A stretch of 64,000 bases of DNA. Source: Selaginella moellendorffii (Eukaryota; Plantae; Lycopodiophyta). Of the stretch, positions 27,086 to 38,839 are shown in pieces (the stretch's first letter is position 1; the number at the start of each line of letters is the position of its first letter). The notes beneath the pieces were generated by a model, which had not been told where the DNA came from, made no database searches, and saw only the letters and a list, made by a program, of their open reading frames with translations. The position numbers and the translations under genes are program-made. Location: assembly GCF_000143415.4 (NCBI RefSeq), contig NW_003314306.1, positions 1,120,815 through 1,184,814 of the forward strand, in the 5' to 3' direction.

Positions 27086-28334
27086 AAACAGCACTGTGGG
27101 ACCTTCAATCCAAATTCCTAACCAGTGGGCGACAAACAAGTGCTCTTAGCCCTAGATCATTGTTGAGATGCAAGAGAAGCAATTGCAAAACTTCTGCTCT
27201 TGTTCATTTCTAGAGGACTCTTGCCTCTTCTCATTTTTTGTCTACTGCTATTCAGCCAGATTTACAACAAGAGTCCTCACAGTAGAAATATCCAGATTGG
27301 ATTCACGAGCGAACGTGTGTAAACATTTATATGGAGAAAATATAAAGTGGTAGACTGCGTAACTGCCTCAAAGTATCAAAGCCTAGGCAAACGACACTTG
27401 GGAGAAGTAATGGGGAAGTTTGGATGAGAGCAAGCAGATCTTGATCACTCACAAGCCATTCTCCAACATGTGAACAATTGATTGCAGAAGAAGATGCAAG
27501 AAAATGACATCGAGCAATTGAATGCTTTATTGTCCAGCAAGGTTGGCCAGTGATTGAGACCCTTGCAGGAATGACAACAAGCAAAGCCCTTCTAATCTGT
27601 GTTTAGTGGCACTGATTTTGAAAATTAGGTGAAAGATATTTCGTTCAGTTTTCTCCCGGAAGATTGTATGCTATTGCAACATTTTAACCTGATCAAGTTG
27701 AAGCCCAAAGAAAGCATACAAGAACGTTTTCTTTATCAGTGACTCCATTTCTAATGACAATTGTCTCCCTTAATATTTCACTATTTTTATCACAACATCA
27801 CTCATTATTTGATCTTCAGCTATACTTAAAACAAAGGAAAATCAAAACACACCTTACAAGAAAAATCAAATAATGATAATAAATATTTAGAGTTATAACT
27901 TTATTTTGTTTTCTCAAAATAGGGTTCTTGGCAACTTGGCAAGAGATGGGTTGCAACAAGCATATAGGTAAGGAGGATTCTTGAAAAGTTATTGCAAGGA
28001 TTGCTATAGTGTTTCCCATGGTGAATCACCCTTGCCTAGCTTGAGCAGTCATAGCTGCTAAAATGCTATGGCTACCCAAGCTAGGCAAAGGCAATCTACT
28101 ATAGGAGCTTGAGTGGTGCTATGCTAATTCTTGTAACAACCTTGACCCAAACTTTTGCATGAAGGGGGAGTAATATCATAGCTCCCTCTATGGTTGCGAG
28201 CTTAACCTTGATTTGAAGTTATTGATCTTCTCTTTGTTTTTTTTTTCAAGTTTATGCCTATGCCTATGCTTGCTAGATTGCACTAATTTGCTAGAACATA
28301 TGTAAAAAGGAAACATTTATCAAGAAGAATACAA

Positions 28335-29305
28335 TGTAAGTGACTAAATTTTTTATTTTACTTTAGTATACTTTTAACCATTTGGAAGAGTCTTACTCAC
28401 AACCTTCATAAGTTTTCATTTGAACTTGAGGTATTTGCCAAGACCCTAAATATAGCATTTAAACCACATTACATTTGCACTCAATCCAAGTGCTCTATGT
28501 ATTTAAATTCCATTTCTAATACCCAAAAATACCATTGACATCTTAGCCTTTTATGCTAAAGCTCTACATATTCTTAATATATACCACATACCACCCATTA
28601 CTCTAAGATTAGACTATCCATTTTAAATATGGTCATCCTATAACCACCCTCAAACATAAGGAATAACATCCCCCATTATCCCTTCTTTGATCCTTATCAA
28701 TTTCCTCATTTCCATAAGCAATGCTTGTCAATATTGCTGTTGGGTTAGGATCTAAAGGCCTATTCACTAATTCCCACTAACCTTTAGGATTTTCATTATT
28801 CTCTTAGTTATTAAGTAAGAGGGTCATTCCTCTTCATTCCCATTCCCATTGTTAAGGACTTTAGGATAATATTTCAAAACATTATTGCCCAATATGAAAT
28901 TCATGGGTACTACCCTACCTTCCACCACTATGGTGCCTCAATCAAATAGCTAGAGTGAGGTTTTAATAAACCACATAAAGTATCTAAATAGTTAGTACCA
29001 CACGCACACTTGGATTGGGAGCATCAATTATTCAATTTCCCAGAAAAGCTAGAGCCAATTTTTGAACATTTCATTAAGTCACCCTACTTGTCCATCTATA
29101 TTCATTCTAACATTATACACCCTAATCACTTATCACATAGATATAACCTTTTTTCATCACATTTATTCCCCTAGAGTCCTCCATTTACAAAACTATACTA
29201 AGTGACCTCCTAGGAAGTCCTAATTCAGAAAGTTATATTACCCTTCGAATTCAGACTCAGTCCTAAACCCAATATTGGACTCAAACTCAAACTTGAATCT
29301 ATAAA
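28335..29305 (-). mobile_element. Decayed, truncated LTR family B copy
   Basis: Starts TGTAAGTGACTAAATTTT as at 14662; collinear with many C>T/G>A changes; ends at the LTR-A at 29306. Confidence 0.7.
29201..29237 (+). mobile_element. Cassandra-type LTR 3'-end fragment (5S C-box side)
   Basis: GTGACCTCCTAGGAAGTCCTAATTCAGAAAGTTATA matches the reverse complement of ~30472-30507. Confidence 0.55.
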
Positions 29306-30471
29306 TGTAGCATATGTGGTTTTCACCCTTTATCCTATAGTGTTTTACCATATGATAACCAAGAAGTTGAACCTAAACCTTTTATGTGCTATGTGCCATA
29401 TGCCATGTGTTCAAGGATAATGGTGCGAAACCCAAGTGTCAAGGCCTTGGGCCATTGAATGAAGGAGTGGAGCCAAACTCTTAAGCATGGAGCCAAAGAG
29501 CAAAGGAATTAAAGCACAAAGCAACTCTTAAGTGTTCAACCTAAAGAGTGAAGGGACAAGAGCACGAGTGACTTGGAACAGTCTTAGAGCATTCAACATC
29601 CCAATGCTATGACCAATACACAAAATGGAGCCAAATAGAATTTAACACTATTTCAACATACTGGTGGCTTAACATGAGGATATGGGTACTCCATTAACTA
29701 GCATAGTGTGGAACTTGGGCTTAGACCCAAGTCGGACATAGAATAAGGACAGGCACGTAAGTAGGAGTTAAACTATACCTCAAATTTGTCAGGTATGCCC
29801 GATGTACCCACTATCCCCACTATCCTCCCCCCCCCCCCCCCCCAATTTGCTAGGGGGGGGATAGTGGGGAGCACTATCCCCCCCAAAATCGAGCCAAATA
29901 GAGTCTAGTATTATTTCAGCATATCGGTGGCTTGACACGAGGATATGGGTACTCCATTAACTAGCATAATGTGGAATTTAGGCTTAGATCGAAACCAAAC
30001 GCAAAATAAGGACAGGCATGTAAGTAGGAGTTAAACTATGCCTCAAGTTGGTCGAGTATGCACAACCTACCCAATATCCCCAGTATCCCCAGTATCCCCA
30101 GTATCCCCAGTATCCCCACCACCACCACCACCCCCCCCAGAGGAACACACACTTTGAGCTTTCATCCTTATCCACCTCTTTTTATAAATAACAATTAGGC
30201 TAATCAAGCCAATGTAGGATAAAGCAAAAGAGAACTAATAAGCTAGGCTAAGTATGCTTAGCTAAACAAACATTTAGGAGTTCCTTCATTATGTTCATTT
30301 GGCCAAGTACAGATGCTAAGTTAAGTTTACTAACATTTGAATAAAAGGGACTGATAAAGGGTCTAGCAATATCAACCTCTTACCATCATAGCAGTAAGGA
30401 AAAAATATCCGAAAGGATTAGTCGACAAGTAACTTTCGATACCCATAATCATATTTGCAACACTCTCCCCC

Positions 30472-31008
30472 TATAATTTCCTGAGTTTGGACTTCCTAGG
30501 AGGTCACCCAGCCCAGTATTATTCAAACCCAAGGACGCTTAACTCTAAATATCCCAAGACCCTTAACTGATTGAAAAAGGGGGTGCACTTTTATTCATGA
30601 GCCCTTTCCCTTTATATTTGAACTCTATGGATTGTCTCTCAAATCATTCTCTTTAGTTGCTTATAATCCACCATACTTCCCTGCAAGTTCACACCCTGTG
30701 AATGGAAGCTGAGAGCCGCAGCCTCCCGAGAGCCTCGCTCTCTTCTCAATCAACATGTGGTATGATTCCCAAAGCCAACCAATAGAATTAAACTTGAAAC
30801 CGCTCTGATACCAAATGTAAGCTCTTGAGTTTGGACTTCTCGAGAGGTCACCAGCCTAGTACTATTCAAACCCAAGGATGCTTAACTCCAAATATCTTAA
30901 GACCCTTAATTGATTGGAAAAGGGGGTGCACTTTTATTCATGGGCCCTTTCCCTTTATATTTGAACCCCATGGATTATCTCTCAAGTTGTTCTTTTTAGT
31001 TGCTTACA
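30472..31008 (-). mobile_element. Complete Cassandra-type TRIM (537 bp) with 5S rRNA-derived LTRs
   Basis: 5' LTR 31008-30816; perfect PBS TGGTATCAGAGC (30813-30802); 150-bp interior; purine-rich GGGAAGTATGGTGGAT before 3' LTR 30665-30472; TSD CCCCC; ungapped ~47/56 match to recalled plant 5S A-box/IE/C-box. Confidence 0.9.
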
Positions 31009-32780
31009 CCCCCTTAGGAAAGATTGCGTCCTTGTCGATGCACATTCTAGTCTAGAACATCAAAGAAATAACTTTAGAAAAAGTTCATAGTGTTCACACT
31101 TTATGAGAAATGTACCAACTTAAATGAGTTAGGGTAACCTCTTTATCTAATGCAAATGTGCTACACTCAAACACCTTCTAGCCGTCGCTGATAAGGAAAT
31201 GATCAATGGAGTTAAGCCACCCTCGCTGCTCTGGGTATCACCCAACTTACAAAAGAATGATATGTCCCTACCTGCATATGACATAGAGAGAGAAACTAGA
31301 GGCCCCAATCCTCATGAGCAAAGAAACTAAACCCATCAGTAAAGTTTAGATAGACTACTGTAAATAGGCAATTAGAATTGTTTATACAATCACGCCCTTT
31401 TGAACGAAATAAAGAATATTGAGAAAGAAGTGGGTGATATGACCAATCGATAGTAGTTACCCCATGACTAAAGATTTTACCATACACATGAAGTGCCATA
31501 GTCAGTCTGCCTATGTTGGCCCAAACCCAAAGGTTAAGAGATGGATAATATCAAAGTCATAAACAATAATATCTTAGAAAATTAATTATTAATGAATAAA
31601 TCTTATATTAGAACACAAAAGTATTCCAAGTAAGTTATTATCTGATAAATCATATACTAAAGTATAGGAACCACTAAGATCACTATAGTTAGAAAATATA
31701 GGATTCACCATTTAACAAAATTTAGTAGCAAATGTACCATTAAGAACACTTAATGATAAAACTTAACTATCAAAGATTGTAGACAGTATGCTAAACAACT
31801 TACAAAAGATAACTAAAAGAACATAAAGTATTATTGATTGGTAAGTAAAATGCTCACAAATATATCATTTAAAGGAAATAACATCCAATCTATTAAAATC
31901 TAGCAACAATTAACATAACAAAATGAATGCTACAATACCAATAAACACTTTTTCATATCAACTATCACACTAGCAAATTTAAATAGGTCTCAATCAACCA
32001 TACCAAAGGACTCAAGTTTCTTAAACAAAAGTCAATAACATCCTATTGAGCTAAAAGCCATCAAAAAGAATAATGAACTTGTTCTTGATGGTTTGCTCTA
32101 GATTGGTCTCTTAGGTTTGAGACATATTATGTAAGATTATCAATCATCCTATCGATAGAGAAATATATAATCATTGTTGAATAAATAATCCACCATCCTG
32201 AAAAATGGCAAATCATTCTATATCAACATAATCAAGCAAAAACTTTTGACAAGGACAATTAATTATCCTAGACAATAGTCAATCATCACCAATGATTATT
32301 AGATACAAATACTAACTTCAACATCAAAGTTAATGAGCCAAAAATGCCTTCCTCAACAACTCCTAACAAATGGAATAATAAGCATAAAAACTTAAGGAAC
32401 CAAAAGTTCAAAGAAGTCTATAGTTAAGTCTTGCCTAATAATGATCACGAGTCTCGTATGAACTAACTTCAATGCTAAAAAGAAAATCATGGTACAACCC
32501 ATAATATCCTCCTCAATACATCCATAAACTAAACTTCATAATCCAAAGTTAATGAACAATATTTCTGCATCAATCTAAAAGCCAAACATAATAAAGCTAT
32601 GCTTAACAAGTGACCATTAAACTGATCCTCCATGAATCTATTTATACATAATAAAACGTAACTCATTTTATAACAAGTGCAAAAAGAATTATTAATAATT
32701 GATATATCCTAACTCAAATCCAACAAATAACCAATATCTTTAATATTGATCACTAACTCTTCCTTTTGTAAAGCTAGTAT

Positions 32781-33907
32781 TGTTGCGAATGTGACTTCAG
32801 GTATCGAAAGTTACCTGTCGGCTAGTCCTTACGGACACTCTTTCCTTATTGCCACGATGATAGGAGGTCGGTATTGCTAGACCCTTTATCAGTCTCTCTT
32901 GTGCTAGTGGAGTTAATTCGGCATTTCGAGTGTACTTAGACCGGACGAGCACAAGGACGGAATTCCTACGTGTTATTAGCTAAATATACTTAGCCGGTAA
33001 GGAGTTCCCATCTCATTTTGTCTTGCACTGGCTAATGACAAGAACCCTCGCGTATTGAGATTAGTCCCTCAATATCGCTAGATGATAGCTTACCGTGTCT
33101 GCCAAACACCCTCGCTATCATGCCTAAATGCTATTTATGGAAAGTGTCTAGGTTTGCTCATTTGGCATATTTACGGAATGTAGAGATTAGCCTGAACACA
33201 ATGGTGTTCGTTCCATATCCAAATTTGCATTCTAGCATCATTCCATATTTAATAATTTTCGAGCTTGTCCCAGAGACTAACTCCTGGTACTAAGGGAGGC
33301 TTGGGGTGAAAGTTCCTCAATAGGGGGGGGGGGGGGGGGGGAGGGGAAGGGGGCTATGAGGGGTTCCAAATATATAGTAGGGATAGTGGGTAGGTCAGGC
33401 ATGGCCGACCAACTTGAGGCATAGTCTAGCTCCCACTTGCGTGTCTATCCTTGTTCTGCGTCCAGCTTGGGCCTAAGCCCAAGCTCCACTCCATGCTAGC
33501 TGGTGGATGACCCATGTCCTCACGTTAGGCCACCAGTATGCTAAAATAGCACTAGACTCTGTTTGGCTCCATTTTGTGTGTTAGTCCTGGCATTGGGATG
33601 CTGGATACTTTAGGACTGTTCCAAATCGCTCCGTGCCCCTGTCCCTTTGCTCCTTGGGCTGTACGCTCGAGAATTGCTCCGTGGTTCAGTTCCATCACTC
33701 CTTGGCTTCATGTTTTAGAGTTTAGCACTGTTCCTTTGTTTAGTGGCCCAAGGCCCTGAAACTCGAGTTCCACACCACTGTCCTTTGGACACGTGGCATG
33801 TGACATGTGGCATCTGTCACGTGGCACAAAGAGGGTTTATGTTTCGCTTCGTGGTTATCCTATGGTAAATCACCATAGGATAAAGGGTCAAAACCACGTG
33901 CGCTACA
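32781..33907 (+). mobile_element. Solo LTR family A nested in the family-A interior
   Basis: TGTTGCG...GCTACA ends; degenerate TSD AGTAT/AATAT; empty site AGCAT at ~8659-8663 in the other copy. Confidence 0.85.
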
Positions 33908-34369
33908 AATATAGTCTATAACTGAATCACTTTTCAAGGAAAAGCCAAAGCTCAACCTTTACTAAACAATCTAGTTTAGAACACAATTAACTCAACTTGC
34001 CATTTAGTTTGTTTGAATGCCAACATAATTGTTAACTAGCAAATGCATAAATACTAATAATATATAGGTACAGCCAAATCATTAATACTATCTACATCGA
34101 GACTAATGAAACTCAATATCAATCCTATGAAAAGACATATTATTTCACTTGAGTCTCAACATCACTAATGTCAATAACAAGATATCACTTCAATACCATC
34201 AACACTAGAATAAAGCTAAAATAAGGCAAACGTGAATCACCACTTAAAGTTCTTTAGCAACCAAGCTAACTAAAGTCGAAAATACTTTACTCAGTATCTG
34301 AGAATAAACCTCTAGCAAAATTTAGTTGTAGATAACACATAATCAAGGAATGATTCACTATGTCAAAGA

Positions 34370-36036
34370 TGTGAGACACAAATCCCTAAGCCCCAAAATG
34401 GAGCCAAAAGGGTGCTATATGGTAGTGGCCGAAGCGAAAGCCAAATGAGCATAACACGTTTAGACTAAAAGCTCTAACTTGAAAGGTCAAGAGCGGGAGT
34501 GGAACTCCCAATGAAGTGCTCGAGGAACAAGCATGAAACAAGTAATAAGTGAGTCTCTAGAAAAGGGACACAAGAGGATCAACACATAACACGTGGAAGA
34601 GTCCAAGATGGACCCGAGATGGAGTTCGAGATGGACCGAGATGGACCCGAGATGGAGTCCGAGATGGACTTGAGATGGGCCCGAGATGGAGTCCGAGATA
34701 GACCAAGATGGACTCGAGATGGACCCAAGATGGAGTCCGAGATGGACCTGAGATAGAATCCGAGATGGAGTCCAAGATGGACCCGAGTTGAAGTCTGAGA
34801 TGGAGTTTGAGATGGACCCGAGATGGAGTCCGAGATGGACCAAGATGGAGTCCGAGATGGACCTGAGTTGACGTCCGAGATAGAGTCCGAGATGAACCCG
34901 AGATGGAGTCCGAGATGGACCTGAGATGGAGTCCGAGATGGACCAAGATGGAGTCCGAGATGGACCCGAGATGGAGTCTGAGGTCAAGACTGAGACTGAG
35001 ACCCAGATTGAGACCGGGACCGGGACCAAGACCGAGTCTGAGTTCGAGTCCAAGTCCGAGTCTGGGTCTGAGTCCAAGTTCAAGTCTAAGGGTGAAAGCC
35101 CAAGCATTTGTCTCCCAGACCCTGGGGGGTTTGGTGAGCTCCAAAAGTATAGTAGGGGGAGGACTCCAGTGGAGGCAATTTGGCCCAGGAAGGCTGTACC
35201 CAGGTGTTGGGTGATGGGATAACCACTGGGAAGTCCAAGGCTAGAGTGAATACGGACTGACAAATGGGGTAGCTTAGTGAAGTGTTCAAGAGCTAGCTCT
35301 AGTTGCCCCAGGAGATCAAATGGCTGATGCTCCCAGTCCAAGTGTGGGTGGCACTACCTACTTGGATACCTAGCATGGCTCAATGGAACTTTGCTTTAAG
35401 CCCATGGCTAGAGCACCCAAAGGCGGAAGGTGAGGAGAGTACCCATGAAGCTCACGTAGGGCCACAGTGTTCCAAAATGTTGTCCCAAAGTCCTAGACTA
35501 TGGAAAGGAAGAAGAATGGTCCTCTGGTGTGGTGACCAATGATACGGTCATGTGGTGAGGAATTCCCAGAGGGTAGTGGGACTTAGTGGTCGGGCTTGTG
35601 GGCCTTGTCCCAGTGGTAGTGTTGGCGAATACGGCCATAGACAGAAAAGGGACTTGATGGGACTATAAAAGGGATATTAGGGAAGGTTATTCCCCATATC
35701 TACAGGCATCTTAAGGATGCTAAAGAGTGGACCTAGGATGGTCACTCATGGACAGATGGCCCAGTCTTTGAAAGATGGGACTGGGATACATGTGGTGGGC
35801 ATAGCCTTAGCGTAATGGGCTATTATGTCGGGGGTACCTTGGGGTGTCAGTTTTGGGATCAAACACGTGGAGCACTTGGATCAAGTGCAATGGTTGAGTG
35901 GCATGGATGCCATTCTTGGGGCTAACAAGGCCCTAAATTCATAATAGGACTTATAGAGGTTATGAGTGAGACTCTTCCAAGTGGTCGAAGGTGTGGTTAA
36001 GTGACTAAAGTAGAATGGAAAATTTAGTCGTTTACA
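34370..36036 (+). mobile_element. Solo LTR family B (1667 bp) with minisatellite ~34600-35090
   Basis: TGTGAG...TTACA ends; perfect TSD AAAGA (34365-34369, 36037-36041). Confidence 0.88.
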
Positions 36037-36473
36037 AAAGACTCCATGAAATCCAACTCTATAAGGTAAACACAACCAAATGATATTGTTAAAGATAGAA
36101 TCGCTATGCCAATATGACAAACCTATGTAAGTTTAATGATACAATCATTTGCAACACCATCTAGTAAAGCAAGCCTATCACTACTAAATCATTATTAAGC
36201 AAAGTAAGTGTCAATAGTCCTAGACAAAGTCTACAAATAATCACTAATTATAAAGCAATTAACAATCACTCTTCAACTTGCCTTTCATAAGACCAAAACA
36301 CTAAACTCATGCCATTGAATTATATACTTATCTAACATGGACATAATACCCTAAGTACAAGATAAAATTTTATGGACAAAGTATGAATTAAATGGCCACT
36401 CAAATCCAGCTCAACTACAATAAGCTTACCAACACGTTTAGTCAATAGCTCTAAGCATAACTAAAGAGGCTAG

Positions 36474-36668
36474 TGTAAGCTTTTGAGTTTGGACTTCCGG
36501 AGAAGTCACCCAGCCTAGTACTATTCAAACCCAAAGATGCTTAACCCCAAATATCTTAATACCCTTAACCGATTAAAAAAGAGGGTGCACTCTTATTCAT
36601 GGGCCCTTTCCCTCTATATTTAAACCTCTATAGATCATCTTTTGAGTCGTTCTCTTTGGTTACTTACA
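36474..36668 (-). mobile_element. Cassandra-type solo LTR (195 bp)
   Basis: TGTAAG...CTTACA ends; perfect TSD GCTAG; empty site GAGGCTAGTTATGCATG at 9521-9537. Confidence 0.9.
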
Positions 36669-38566
36669 GCTAGTTGTGCATGATCAACACTTTAGTCATA
36701 ACTAAAGCAAAGACCATAAGATAGACTCATATGGTACACAACTTCATCATAGACACAGCTATAATATGGGTATTAACACCTCAACCTCAAATAACTAAGT
36801 TGAATATCACTAAGGCTACCAAGATCAAATCAAAATTAGTGAAAGCTCACTACTCTCATAAAGTTTAACGAAATGCAAGGTACAACTTGCCACCAAGTAT
36901 AACGCTACAGAAAAAAAGCACAAGGGTCACCTTTCTAGAAAAGTGCAATGGACACTTTTTTACACTTAACTCATGACTCTATCCAACTCAATTGCTTTAG
37001 CCCCAAAAATTAATATCCCTTTTAGGTTGCATCATATAAACTACATACTAAGGTTTAGGCCAACCAAAGTCAACTCCAACCCCTTCACTAATTTGTATTG
37101 GCTTACGAAAATGGAATGATTTTCAGGTAATATAATCAATAAATTAGCCATTAGAAAAGTTTAAAAAAATTTATGGAAAATTTTCATCCTAGAAAAAGAA
37201 TGACTCCCATTCTAGGAATACAAACTTTCAAGATTCAACCAATTTCCTCCTACCAACAAATTTATACAGATTCACCTCAACATAAATTTTCATAACCCAA
37301 CACTAGATCACAAAGATCATATTTTCAGATATCCACATTGCACTAACACTCTTCTTCAATCACCTTTAAAATCCAGTATGAAAATAAAACACTAATAAAA
37401 AAAATGACATGAAAGATTAAGGTCTATAGAAAATTCCTCATCACTTGAGAAATAATGTTACTTTCACTAATATAAGTGTTAGCAATGTCAATGTTTTAAC
37501 TACATACCTTCTCCATCCAACAATCTATTCCAAATGCTAATGGATAAACTAGCAAATGAATGTTATAACCCTTTTCAACACCATAATTGGCAAACTTTTA
37601 AGAACCAAGGTACCAACTCAAACTTAGCATAATGAACTACTATTGAGAACTAAATCAAAGTTATTTCAATGTTACTATTTGCAAGTAAACTAACTTGACT
37701 ACTAACCACTTTAAGGTTGATCATTGTTTAACCAATCAACTTTTATGTGCTCACTATCACATAGATATGATATAAAAATCACAATGACTTGATCATCAAT
37801 CAAGCAATACCACAAACAAACCTACATTATTACTTCAAAAGTTTACGTGAATATCAAATGCCAACACTATTCAATAAAATGCAACATAAATGCCATACCC
37901 CACTAATAAAGATTTACAATACCAAACATCACTAACTCTATTCACAATATAAACAAGCTTAGGAAAAAGTCACCAATGAAATTACTGATAAAAATGATTA
38001 CAATTATTCTATTTCTCAAGAGTAGCTTTGTTATTGATTTATGTTCCACTCTCTTTTTAACCAAACTCAAAATTAATCCTACACTGAGCTACTCAAAAAA
38101 CAATAGCAAGGTTCCCTGGAAAAGAATTAAATATTGTAACCCAAATCTTCAATAGCAAGCTTAAACAAAATGGTTTAGTGCTTCACTATTATCTATCCCC
38201 TAACTCACCACTTGTAAGACCATAATAACTAACATGCATCAAGATAAGGATTCTTAATTGCATAATGTGAATACGAGTAATGAATTAACACATTGTTGTA
38301 AATCATCTTTCCAAAAAGAGAAAATGATTTACATATTTGATTCTTCGTCCTTGATTACTCTTTTTTCGGTCTCATCTTGATTAAACCTCAAGCTTGCATT
38401 CACATTGCCTTCAATTCAATCCAAGAAAAATTTATAAGAGAGCATAGCAATGACTATTTAAACCAATAGCCTAATCTCTATTAGTGCTGTGCTAAACAGT
38501 TGCAAACCAACCTATTTGCTACTCATAACAAACCCAAGGGAGGTTTATTTTTCACCTATAGTACAT

Positions 38567-38732
38567 GATTCAACCCATACAAAGGGTGATAGCGACATAA
38601 ACATGTTTATAAACATAATAAACATAATTATAAATATGTTTATAGTGAGGGTGATTAATATACACAATAAATTATCATTTAGCAAATATTAAGTGATTAA
38701 TCTCAATATTGCACGGGTTCTTGTTAAACTAG
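38567..38732 (+). mobile_element. Possible Helitron 3' terminus
   Basis: CAATATTGCACGGGTTCTTGTTAAACTAG|T: GCACGGG hairpin arm ~11 nt before CTAG followed by T; left hairpin arm degenerate. Confidence 0.4.
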
Positions 38733-38839
38733 TGCAAAACAGAGCAAAAGAAACTAACAAGTCAGGCCATGTATGTTTGGCTAAATAGACACTAAGCACT
38801 TTAGTCACAAATCATTTGTATACTTGAAGAAATGTTACA

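Larger units (their letters stand above)
29306..38566 (-). mobile_element. LTR retroelement family A, second copy (3' LTR, PPT and interior; 5' LTR missing) with four nested insertions
   Basis: 3' LTR 30462-29306; PPT AGGGGGAGAG restored after removing the TRIM; interior 31131-38566 homologous to 7001-11504. Confidence 0.75.

Noticed and set aside
37961-38040. Tourist-like MITE flanked by TTA
   Set aside because: The insertion relative to copy 1 is real but has no terminal inverted repeats
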